A DNA stretch of 64,000 nucleotides, from assembly GCA_964516875.1 (NCBI GenBank), contig CAZFAO010000007.1:1464-65463 (forward strand), written 5' to 3'. The notes beneath the pieces were generated by a model. The model saw only the letters and a list, made by a program, of their open reading frames with translations. It was not told the origin of the DNA and searched no databases. This DNA is from an uncultured Burkholderiales bacterium (GTDB lineage: Bacteria; Actinomycetota; Acidimicrobiia; IMCC26256; JAGPDB01). Of the stretch, positions 56,000 through 64,000 are shown one piece after another. The translations under genes and the position numbers were made by a program. Each line of letters opens with the position of its first letter. Positions within the stretch are counted from its first letter, which is position 1.

Positions 56000-56528
56000 C
56001 AAACTCGATTCGTTCGGTGACACACATCTCACGCTTGCCCGGACACCTGCACGTGATGCCTTCTGGTTTCGACTTTCCCACGCAGCAGATCATTCCCTTT
56101 TATGGTTTGCTTTGGCACTTGTTCGTTTTGCTTTTGTCCGCGACTGGAAAGAGTTAGTTTATTTTATTGTTGTGATGGCCATTGAGTCTGGATTAACAAA
56201 CGGTCCTATTAAATATTGTTTCCGACGTACTCGTCCTCACGAACAAGAAAACACGTATGCCAATGATGAAAAACTTCCCTATGGTCTACGCCGCCCCATC
56301 ACGTCATCGTTTCCGTCCGGTCACGCAACTGCTGCGATGTGCGCATGCGTGTTACTTTCGCGTTCGTATCCACTTGTGGCACTCGTCCTTTTCCCGCTCG
56401 GTTTAGCTGTTGCGTATTCGCGAATGTATACGCGCATGCACCATCTCACTGATGTAATAGGTGGATTAGTTCTGGGACTCGTGTATGGATATCTTGCGCT
56501 GCGTTTTGCTTATGTCTTTATCGACTAA
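55992..56528 (+). CDS. PAP2-family phosphatase (membrane)
   Basis: The start is MTNKLD (8-nt overlap with the upstream stop). Motifs are KYCFRRTRP, SFPSGH and SRMYTRMHHLTDV, the three PAP2 motifs. Confidence 0.8.
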   Translation: MTNKLDSFGDTHLTLARTPARDAFWFRLSHAADHSLLWFALALVRFAFVRDWKELVYFIVVMAIESGLTNGPIKYCFRRTRPHEQENTYANDEKLPYGLRRPITSSFPSGHATAAMCACVLLSRSYPLVALVLFPLGLAVAYSRMYTRMHHLTDVIGGLVLGLVYGYLALRFAYVFID

Positions 56529-56872
56529 CTGTGCAGTCGTTTCTCACCCGTGACTGAACTCCACTCCCCGGCAAGCGGATCTCGCCATAGTGTGTGGACA
56601 CACTCATTTTCTTCCCAGATATATAGGTGGACAGATCCTGAATTTTCTACCAGATCAATAAGCTGCGATAAAAGGTCAGATTCATTGGCATGAGTAATGG
56701 TCATATCGTCGAGAATTTCATTAAAAGGATCGGCCGCTACCACGCAGCTCCGGCAATTAGTGCAGGACGAAATGCTCGGATCTCGCGGTCCGGCCATCTC
56801 CGCAAACAATAGATCAGCCTGACGGTCGTCGAGCACAACGCTTTTGCCGAGGTCATCGAGAATCTTAATCAC
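56525..56872 (-). CDS. Hypothetical acidic protein
   Basis: 115-aa ORF with CTNCRSC. I recognise no family. Confidence 0.4.
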   Translation of the reverse strand: MIKILDDLGKSVVLDDRQADLLFAEMAGPRDPSISSCTNCRSCVVAADPFNEILDDMTITHANESDLLSQLIDLVENSGSVHLYIWEENECVHTLWRDPLAGEWSSVTGEKRLHS

Positions 56873-56978
56873 GGGCCCAGGGTACCATCTCCGCTTTATG
56901 ACTCATTGCATTTAGTGGGCACTGTGTAACTATGTTCTCAATCTGACAGAAATGAACCCAGTCAGCTAGCCTTCCGGG

Positions 56979-58895
56979 GTGGCAATTCCCTCTTCTGACA
57001 TCGTACAGGTCGCGCGTTCACGCGAAAAATATGATGGTCCATCACATATTGATTTGCCTGCGCTCGAAGAGGAAGAACGAGCACGTCTCGAGGGCGATAG
57101 AAAGCCAGACGCACCTAAAGAAAAAAGGGACCTCACGTCTTTTTCTCCCCTTTCCGTTAAAAAGCGAAACGCACTCATTGCTTTGATTGCAATTCTGCTG
57201 CTCGTTATCGCAGCTGCATATATGGATCGCATTTTCCGAGGAAACTCTATTGCCCATGGTGTCAGTGTTTCGGGTGTTGATGTCGGAGGAGACTCTCCCA
57301 CTGAAGCAAAAAAGATTCTTTCCGCGAAAGCCAAAAAAGCTCTGGACACTCCCCTCATTTTTACAATGGGAAAAGATAGAGTCTCTATTTCATCCCAGGA
57401 TCTTGGCTTGAGCTACAACATCGATGCAACGATCGCCCGAGCACAAAAAGTTGACGATTCATACAACCCAATTTCTACCATTAGTGGATTCGTACAACGC
57501 TACAGTGCCGGCAAAAACATCGATCCTGTTGCCAAATATGATGACAATAAGTTTGATGAAGTGGCAACAAATCTCATTAATGAATTTTCGAAAGGCCGAG
57601 TCAATGCGGGTGTGACAATTAAAGACACCACCGTCACTGTTGTGAAGGCAAAGAGCGGAACGGGTGTGTCCCTTGAACAAGCAAAATCAGCACTCAAAAG
57701 CTCCCTAGCTACTTTTTCTCGTTCGCCCCAACAATTAAAGAGTGAAAAAAGTAATGCACAAATCACTCTCGCCGAAGCACAATCAACTGCGGCATCGATC
57801 AGAGGAATGCTAAGTGCAGATTCGCAACTCACAACCCCGGGTGGCAACTCGCTGACGGTGACACCGGCACAATTGAGCGGAGCACTTGTTATCACTCCTA
57901 CAGGTTCACAACTTATTATCAGCGTCGATGCAGAAAAGATACGAGCCGCCCTGGGTGCTTCATTAAGTGCTGTTGAAGTCGCACCTGTCGATGCAACATT
58001 TTCTGTTGGTCCTGGTGGAGTGAGCATTGTTCCGAGCGTTGCCGGTAAACAAGTCGATTTTGCTTCTGCCATGGAACAATGGTTGAACGGAGAACACAAC
58101 TTCACCGTCAACGTGATCGATGTTCAACCTGCACGCGATACCGCCTGGGCGCAGAAATTGAACATCACCGAAACAGTTTCGAGTTACACCACGAACTTTC
58201 CTGCTGGACAAGAACGTATCAAAAATATTCGTCGTGCGGCAGAGGTAGTCAATAACACCGTTGTTGTTCCTGGAGAAACGTTTTCTCTTAACGACAAACT
58301 TGGACGTCGAACAGCAGAAAATGGCTACGTGAAGGCTCCTGTGTATTCAACGGCCGATGGATTCTTCGAAGACTTTGGTGGAGGTGCAAGTCAATTTTCC
58401 ACGACATTCTTCAATGCTGTCTATGTTGGTGGTTACAAAGATGTTGCGCACTCTCCTCATTCGATCTACATTTCGCGCTACCCCCTCGGACGTGACGCGA
58501 CGCTCAACTACGGGTCCATTGATATGAAGTTCAAAAATGATTCAAACTCGGGAATGCTTATTCGCACCAGTGTCGGACCAACTTCTGTCACTGTTGTTGT
58601 TTACGGGAATAAAGAAGGGCGCGTTGTCACTCTTGAAGGACCAAAAGAGATAAGTAAAACTGAAATAGGAACGAAGTACATAGACGATCCCAACATGGAA
58701 GCCGGAAAAGAAAAAGAAACTCACGTGGGATATCCTGGCCTCGTCGTTGAAAACTACCGCACCGTGGATCGCCCTGGACAACCTGGAAAAAAGGAAACGT
58801 ACCGTTGGACGTATCTGATGGTTCCCCGCGAAGTGACACGCGGCTCGAAAACGCCAACGACTGCTGCGCCTGTTCCTGTTGCTCCTGCTGCCTAG
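56979..58895 (+). CDS. VanW-family protein with an N-terminal TM anchor
   Basis: 638 aa. After the TM segment ALIALIAILLLVIAAAY come repeated beta-rich modules and a VanW core: NI.RAAEVVNNTVV.PGETFSLND.LG.RT...GY..A......GGGASQFSTTFFNA. Confidence 0.8.
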   Translation: MAIPSSDIVQVARSREKYDGPSHIDLPALEEEERARLEGDRKPDAPKEKRDLTSFSPLSVKKRNALIALIAILLLVIAAAYMDRIFRGNSIAHGVSVSGVDVGGDSPTEAKKILSAKAKKALDTPLIFTMGKDRVSISSQDLGLSYNIDATIARAQKVDDSYNPISTISGFVQRYSAGKNIDPVAKYDDNKFDEVATNLINEFSKGRVNAGVTIKDTTVTVVKAKSGTGVSLEQAKSALKSSLATFSRSPQQLKSEKSNAQITLAEAQSTAASIRGMLSADSQLTTPGGNSLTVTPAQLSGALVITPTGSQLIISVDAEKIRAALGASLSAVEVAPVDATFSVGPGGVSIVPSVAGKQVDFASAMEQWLNGEHNFTVNVIDVQPARDTAWAQKLNITETVSSYTTNFPAGQERIKNIRRAAEVVNNTVVVPGETFSLNDKLGRRTAENGYVKAPVYSTADGFFEDFGGGASQFSTTFFNAVYVGGYKDVAHSPHSIYISRYPLGRDATLNYGSIDMKFKNDSNSGMLIRTSVGPTSVTVVVYGNKEGRVVTLEGPKEISKTEIGTKYIDDPNMEAGKEKETHVGYPGLVVENYRTVDRPGQPGKKETYRWTYLMVPREVTRGSKTPTTAAPVPVAPAA

Positions 58896-58923
58896 AAGTC
58901 CTTGACCACCGTGTGGTTGTCGT

Positions 58924-60156
58924 TTAGTTTTCGTTTGCAACAACGACGATTTCGTATTCACCTGTTTCTTCATCTTGCATGAATTGGTACCCACACAGTT
59001 GCGCTAAATATTCGCGACCTTCTCCAGGACCAATCGCAATGAGTTCATCGCCAGCAAGAATTTCAATATTGCTCCGTGGACGATAGAAATATCTCGACGA
59101 ACGACGAATGGCGAGAAGAAAGAATCCTGTTTCAATTTCAAGGCGCGCATCTTTCAGTTTTTTATTCGCAAATGCTGAATCTTCAGCGACTGGCATACGC
59201 ACAACGACTTCATCGCTTTCGCCTAACGAGATCTGTAAAATCGGATGCATTTCTTCATCGCGTTCAATCAACCACACAAGTTGTTGGGCTGCGTCTCCGA
59301 TTTCTTCCGCTGCCCCGCCTAATCGCAAAAGCCCTCGCAAGGAAGAAGGATCCAACATCTCAGTAGCGGCACGCAAGATCCACACTTCTAAGTGTTCACG
59401 CATCTCATCGATGCGGTCCTCTAAGTGAGCAACTTCGGCAGCGAGTGAACGGTCCGAAAATAAAATTGCACTGTAGGCCAAACCGACAGCTACTTCGGAG
59501 ATATCTTTCATTTCTACAAGTACATCAACAGCACGATCCAAGTCGGTAAGAGCCCCATCGTCGACAGCGGGTGGCAGATTCCATTCAGGAGCTCCGGCCA
59601 TTGCACGAAGTCCCTCTATGCCTTCGGGGGAACCACGAACGATGAGAACATCTTCAGGAACGATGACTGCATCACCATCAGGATCGATAATCCATTCCTT
59701 ATTCCGTTTGATCGCAACCACGCGCATAGAAATTTCTGTTGGAAGCTCAAGTGTCTCGAGGCTGTTATGCGCTAATGCGGAATCTTCACGAACACGCACT
59801 CGGTGTGATACCTCTTGTGCGTGAGCTAAGTCGTGCAACAAGGCCGGCGGAATACCGAGGTTATGTGTGACAATACGTGAAATATCCGTCGCGGCAACAC
59901 TCATTCGCTCAATGGCGCTGACAACGAGCAATACCGAACTCATCTGTTCTGCTTCGCGAACATTTCGAGCCGCCAAAATACAAATCTCTCGCATATCGTG
60001 GACACGATCGAGCATATCGTTCTCGAGATCGTCGACTTCTTCGGCCATGTCCTCATCATCAAAGAACAATGCCGCATAGGCAAGGTCGATCATTAGTTCT
60101 GAGTGATCCTTCGCCTCAGCAAGCATTGTCCGTAAATTACGGGGGGACTCATCCAT
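58924..60156 (-). CDS. Cytoplasmic regulator with duplicated PhoU-like + TrkA_C (RCK_C) modules
   Basis: 410 aa with two units of a helical PhoU-like segment (DLAYAALFFDDEDMAEEV... / GLAYSAILFSDRSLAAEV...). Each is followed by a ...L.E..LP....V.AI.R......P.G...I..GD.LI..G TrkA_C pattern. Confidence 0.6.
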   Translation of the reverse strand: MDESPRNLRTMLAEAKDHSELMIDLAYAALFFDDEDMAEEVDDLENDMLDRVHDMREICILAARNVREAEQMSSVLLVVSAIERMSVAATDISRIVTHNLGIPPALLHDLAHAQEVSHRVRVREDSALAHNSLETLELPTEISMRVVAIKRNKEWIIDPDGDAVIVPEDVLIVRGSPEGIEGLRAMAGAPEWNLPPAVDDGALTDLDRAVDVLVEMKDISEVAVGLAYSAILFSDRSLAAEVAHLEDRIDEMREHLEVWILRAATEMLDPSSLRGLLRLGGAAEEIGDAAQQLVWLIERDEEMHPILQISLGESDEVVVRMPVAEDSAFANKKLKDARLEIETGFFLLAIRRSSRYFYRPRSNIEILAGDELIAIGPGEGREYLAQLCGYQFMQDEETGEYEIVVVANEN

Positions 60157-60216
60157 TGTTGGCTCCTTTAGCTAACAGAATAATAGGTTGGTGGTAGAAG
60201 TAGGGTTTTCTCGTTT

Positions 60217-61455
60217 TCATATATGCAGCACTCCTATTGTGATCATAAGAACAACTGCACCAACGAGATCGGACCCACTGGTAACAGCGGGAACAGCAAA
60301 GTTGTCGGGATCAAAACCAAAACGATACGTCACTACAGCAGTGAAATATCCGAGGATACTTGAAAATGTTGTAGCAACAATACCTGCGATCACTGCGACT
60401 GCAACAACTAAGTACCACGCAGGTCCTGCAAGGTGACCAAACTCTGCCAGTGCGGCACAGAACAATCCCAACATGAGAAATATAGGAATCGTCAAGAGAT
60501 ACGACACCGTGACATCTTCACTGACGGGAGAAAAAGCAAAACGCTCTGACCGAACGGTACCCAAGTGCAGCTTTGTCGATATACGCGCGGAGAGTATCGA
60601 TCCGATTGCTCCGTTGATGCTGAGAAGTGGAGGCAACAGAACAAGGAAGATCGGATACTCACTTAATCCATCGATTCTTCCTTGAACGGTAAGTCCCGCC
60701 AGGATCGACACCGCACCTCCCACGATTAAGACCGTGAGCGATTCTCGAACAATGCCCCGCAAAATTTCTGCCTGAGAAAATAATCCATAGATAAGAAGAC
60801 CAAACGCGCAAAGGCACGCAACAACAGAAATTACCGGCGTAACCCACCCTATGCCGACCAATAAAGTCGCCAACACAAGGGAAGGAATTGTGATCATGTC
60901 CCCTGTTGCTGTGATGATGGGTGCACCGACATTGTCGAGATCCCACTCGTAACGCACACACGCTTTTGCAAGAAATACTGTCACGAACAAAACAACTACT
61001 GTGGGGATCAACCCACCGATAATGGAAATCACAAAGAAATCTGAAAAGGAGATTGCATTTTTTATTCCAAACGCTTCGGAAACAATTTTGGCGAGTCCCG
61101 CGAGAATAAAAGAACACGAGATTGACAGAATGACTGCTGACGCAAGATTTTGTCCAGATCTCGTATCAAGACGACGCGAAAATCTCGAGTCGCCTAGCTG
61201 AACCATTGTGGACAGTCGCGACGCTAATGCTCCAAAAACATTTCCTCGCAAACCCACTGCACCCGGTAGGAGAACAATCAGACCGGGGAGAGCAAGCAGA
61301 GTGCCCGTTATGGAACCAAGGACAATACCGGCGACCAATCCTGCAATAGTGGAAACAACAAGTGCAACGAAACCGGTACGGACGCTGAGAGGATCAGTAC
61401 GCAATAGCGCTGTTGCACGTCGGTACATGCGCTGTGGCGTTATCTGAAGTTTCAT
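60217..61455 (-). CDS. Divalent-cation transporter made of two MgtE-type TM domains (no MgtE N/CBS domains)
   Basis: 412 aa and about 10 TM segments, internally duplicated. The motifs GAxGSxLSARxST (GALASRLST / GSILSARIST) and PxxTxxGDxxxxP (PIITATGDMITIP / PAVTSGSDLVGAV) are typical of the MgtE channel domain. Confidence 0.65.
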   Translation of the reverse strand: MKLQITPQRMYRRATALLRTDPLSVRTGFVALVVSTIAGLVAGIVLGSITGTLLALPGLIVLLPGAVGLRGNVFGALASRLSTMVQLGDSRFSRRLDTRSGQNLASAVILSISCSFILAGLAKIVSEAFGIKNAISFSDFFVISIIGGLIPTVVVLFVTVFLAKACVRYEWDLDNVGAPIITATGDMITIPSLVLATLLVGIGWVTPVISVVACLCAFGLLIYGLFSQAEILRGIVRESLTVLIVGGAVSILAGLTVQGRIDGLSEYPIFLVLLPPLLSINGAIGSILSARISTKLHLGTVRSERFAFSPVSEDVTVSYLLTIPIFLMLGLFCAALAEFGHLAGPAWYLVVAVAVIAGIVATTFSSILGYFTAVVTYRFGFDPDNFAVPAVTSGSDLVGAVVLMITIGVLHI

Positions 61456-61483
61456 TGCTGTCTAGGCTAGACGCGCTCCGAGG

Positions 61484-61599
61484 TTGTTTGCGGGTCCTGT
61501 TTTTTGTTTGCGGGTCCGACCTCGTGGAGGGAAACCTCGCAGCAACGTCCGTCAATCGTTTGCCAAAGATCCGTATCAGGAGGTCGGACCCGCAAACAA
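61484..61599 (-). ncRNA. Structured leader/intergenic RNA element upstream of the MgtE-like gene (19-bp inverted repeat plus a third competing copy)
   Basis: ttgtttgcgggtccgacct (61504-61522) pairs with aggtcggacccgcaaacaa (61581-61599). An extra copy, ttgtttgcgggtcc, lies at 61484-61497. The class is unknown. Confidence 0.4.
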
Positions 61600-61610
61600 C
61601 AGGGCCCGCA

Positions 61611-61934
61611 CTATGCCGTAGCAGCAGCCCAACCGGCATCATCACCGTAAAAATTAAAAAGATTTTCAATTGCTGCAACGATTTTGTTCTCAATTTTCGA
61701 AAATATTGCTGCGTCACAATTAATGGTCACAACATTCGAATAGATCGATACGCTTTCCACTCCAAAGTCCAATAGCCGCTTCGCTAATACAGACGATCCA
61801 TCATTAGTGTCGACATTCATATCCGGGTTATCGAAAACGATTATCTCCATGCCCGTGATCGATCGGTTGAGTGAATAAATGTGCGTGTCGGCACGTCCAC
61901 TTGGCGTTTGAGTTACGGTAATGTCTTGTCCCAT
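61611..61934 (-). CDS. Small protein, possibly Nfu/NifU N-terminal-domain-like
   Basis: 107 aa. The pattern T.TP.......Y.........I........S.LAKRL....V.SV.I..N.VTI is loosely like Nfu_N. This is a weak call. Confidence 0.35.
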   Translation of the reverse strand: MGQDITVTQTPSGRADTHIYSLNRSITGMEIIVFDNPDMNVDTNDGSSVLAKRLLDFGVESVSIYSNVVTINCDAAIFSKIENKIVAAIENLFNFYGDDAGWAAATA

Positions 61935-61940
61935 GCCCTA

Positions 61941-62600
61941 TCAGAATAGTGGCTGTGCTCGGGGCGACGGGAATGTATCGCCCAGAATATCCCAAGAAAT
62001 TCGATGTAAAGGCGTGGGCCCACAACTTTTCAGCGCTTCTCGATGGACAGGGGCTGGATACCCTTTATTTTTCTCAAAACAGAACTCAGGATATCGTGCT
62101 GCGACTTCGTTGCCACTCATATAGTCATCTCGAAAAACTTTTGCCACAACTGATGCTGCTGCAATGGCATGAGAAACATTGTCGCCCTTAACAATGGTTG
62201 TGACATTATATTTTTTATTGCGGATGAAATCGAAAGATCCGTCGAGCAAAACCGCATCAACTGCCGTAGCGTTTTTTTCGAGATCATCTAACGTTCGCTG
62301 CGCTCCAATGTGTAGCGATTTCGACATCCCCCACTGATCTATTTCTTCATTGGTGACAATTCCAATTCCGACACCTTTCGCCCACGCATAAATTTCTGGA
62401 GCCAATATCGATCGCTTTTTGGGAGATATTCTTTTTGAATCCTTCACGCCGTCGATGGTTCCCGATCCAGGAATCACTGCGGCAAGCACGAGAGGTCCAG
62501 CCCATGCGCCTCGCCCCACTTCATCCATCCCACACACAACAGAACCGCGAGCGAAAAATTCAGCTTCTATTTCGTCTGTCGGGATCGCAGTTGTGGTCAT
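61941..62600 (-). CDS. rnhB: Ribonuclease HII
   Basis: 219 aa with CGMDEVGRGAWAGPLV, DSK and ASVVAK. Confidence 0.9.
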   Translation of the reverse strand: MTTTAIPTDEIEAEFFARGSVVCGMDEVGRGAWAGPLVLAAVIPGSGTIDGVKDSKRISPKKRSILAPEIYAWAKGVGIGIVTNEEIDQWGMSKSLHIGAQRTLDDLEKNATAVDAVLLDGSFDFIRNKKYNVTTIVKGDNVSHAIAAASVVAKVFRDDYMSGNEVAARYPEFCFEKNKGYPAPVHREALKSCGPTPLHRISWDILGDTFPSPRAQPLF

Positions 62601-62602
62601 GG

Positions 62603-63589
62603 TTATTCTTTCGCGGCAGGTCGCGTCATCAGTTGCTCGACAGCATCTTCAGAGATCACACCACTTTCAATAACATTCGCAACAGCTGTGATAATGGGCG
62701 CGTCGACTCCAAAGTGTTGTGCTCTTTCTTTCAGAGCAACAGCGGAAAATACGCCCTCGGCTGTTTCGTTTGTGATGTCGCGAATTTCGTCAAGGCTTTT
62801 CCCTTGTGCAAGCAAATATCCAACAGTGCGGTTCCGAGAGAGCGGGCTCGCGCACGTTGCGATGAGGTCACCTATTCCAGCCAGTCCAGAAAAAGTTGAC
62901 TTTTCACCACCTTCGGCAACACCCAATCGCGTAATTTCTGCCAACGCTCGAGTCATCACAGCAGCTTTTGCATTATCTCCATATTTCAGCCCGTCGCCGA
63001 TCCCGACAGCAATGGCCACAATATTTTTTGCAACGCCGGCAATTTCGCAGCCCACAACATCATCAGACGTATAGACGCGAAATTTTTTTGTCATTAACGT
63101 TTTCTGAATGGATGTGGCAACTGCACTATCGCGGCTTGCAACAACCGTAGCGGCAGGAAGCCCGATGGCAATTTCTCCAGCGAGATTAGGTCCACTCACG
63201 ACAGCGATCTTGTCCGAGTCACGATCAGGATCGGTTTGCTCAATGACTTGACTCATACGCAGGTTCGTAGATTGCTCTAATCCTTTCGTCACTGAAACAA
63301 AGGGAATGTGTTTATCAATAAATGAAAATCGATCTACCGTTTCGCGAAAAGCGATCGACGGAATGGCAAAGACAATGTGATCCGCGCCGGCTACAGACTG
63401 CGGATCGGACGTCACAGTGATTTTTTCAGGAAGAACTATTCCGGGGAGATAATCATCGTTGATTCTCGTTTCGTTGATCTTCGCTGCACGCGTTGCGTCA
63501 CGCGTATAGAGAATGACGTCAGTATTTTCTGACGCAATAAGCGCAAGTGTTGTTCCCCACGCTCCAGCACCGATAAATGCTGTGGTCAT
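62603..63589 (-). CDS. gpsA: NAD(P)H-dependent glycerol-3-phosphate dehydrogenase
   Basis: 328 aa with IGAGAWGTTLA, GPNLAGEIA, KNIVAIAVG and SPLSRNR.VG. Confidence 0.9.
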   Translation of the reverse strand: MTTAFIGAGAWGTTLALIASENTDVILYTRDATRAAKINETRINDDYLPGIVLPEKITVTSDPQSVAGADHIVFAIPSIAFRETVDRFSFIDKHIPFVSVTKGLEQSTNLRMSQVIEQTDPDRDSDKIAVVSGPNLAGEIAIGLPAATVVASRDSAVATSIQKTLMTKKFRVYTSDDVVGCEIAGVAKNIVAIAVGIGDGLKYGDNAKAAVMTRALAEITRLGVAEGGEKSTFSGLAGIGDLIATCASPLSRNRTVGYLLAQGKSLDEIRDITNETAEGVFSAVALKERAQHFGVDAPIITAVANVIESGVISEDAVEQLMTRPAAKE

Positions 63590-64000
63590 GATCTCTCTCC
63601 TATTTTTGCACGCGCCTTCGACGTTGCATCACGCATTTTATCTGCAAGGATGTCGCGTTCATGTTCGATGTCAGCATCGACGGGTATTTCATACGGAGGA
63701 AGAACCACGAGTGCATGCGGCATACGGAATCGCGGATGCGGCTTTTTTCCTTTGCGCCACGTGTCTTGCGCACCCCAGGCACCAACAACAATAATCTGCG
63801 CGCCCGTTTCTGCAGCGAGACGCAACGCTCCTGATTTCAACGGAAGTTGCACAAGATCTTCCGGCATTGTTGATTCAGGAAATATTCCAACGACATGTCC
63901 GTGTTCCAAAGATTCTCGCGCATGAATCAACGAGTCAGCAGCACGCTCTGTCCCCCGCTCGACAGGAATTTGTCGACACGCTCGAAAGAAACGTCCCAAG
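63586..64000 (-). CDS. plsC: 1-acyl-sn-glycerol-3-phosphate acyltransferase (C-terminal part; 5' end beyond window)
   Basis: It contains GIFPESTM (FPEGTR-like block III) and a PL..GA.RLA block. The HX4D block would lie beyond base 64000. There is a 4-nt overlap with gpsA. Confidence 0.65.
   Translation of the reverse strand, partial: LGRFFRACRQIPVERGTERAADSLIHARESLEHGHVVGIFPESTMPEDLVQLPLKSGALRLAAETGAQIIVVGAWGAQDTWRKGKKPHPRFRMPHALVVLPPYEIPVDADIEHERDILADKMRDATSKARAKIGERS

Noticed and set aside
61456-61610. Calling the MgtE-like leader an M-box (ykoK) Mg2+ riboswitch.
   Set aside because: I could not recognise M-box conserved features by eye. I report it only as an unclassified structured leader.

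Overview
This is a 64-kb chromosomal window. I saw no rRNA, tRNA, CRISPR array, transposase or phage integrase. The gene content points to a moderate-GC actinobacterium: DUF2469, a WhiG/FliA-type sigma factor beside xerC, an LAXTG sorting signal, GTP-type PEPCK, and Ala/Pro/Lys-rich tails on S16 and Ffh. GC looks about 45-50% by eye and was not computed.

From about 8.9 kb to 64 kb the window is mostly core genome:
- whiG-xerC, yifB/comM-dprA, yraN and DUF2469
- rplS-trmD-rimM-KH-rpsP-ffh-ftsY
- ilvA-ridA-mscS
- smc-rnc-acp-plsX-rpmF-yceD
- coaD-rsmD-recG, pckG, def, a UvrD-like helicase, purK, bioY and etfBA
- a VanW protein, an MgtE-like/PhoU-TrkA_C pair, and rnhB-gpsA-plsC

The left ~8.8 kb looks accessory. 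It holds two tandem DUF285/BspA-type repeat surface proteins that share an unusual conserved C-terminal anchor, plus an orphan lipoprotein. It also holds my best candidate for an undescribed system, a compact minus-strand operon at 3921-7662. That operon encodes:
- a J-domain fused to a kinase-like domain with a degenerate catalytic loop
- a vWA/MIDAS protein
- a divergent PurA-family (adenylosuccinate-synthetase-like) enzyme that keeps the GTP and catalytic motifs but appears to have lost the aspartate-binding motif

Other points worth a second look:
- a 1267-aa LAXTG-anchored adhesin-like protein sits at a synteny break next to an inverted yifB-dprA block
- two families of GC-rich palindromic hairpins occur, two copies each, one copy inside the bioY divergent promoter
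- a ~155-nt leader with mutually exclusive pairings lies upstream of the MgtE-like transporter
- a triple direct repeat lies upstream of a small zinc-ribbon gene

All homology calls come from motif recognition by eye in the supplied translations. No database search or alignment was run.
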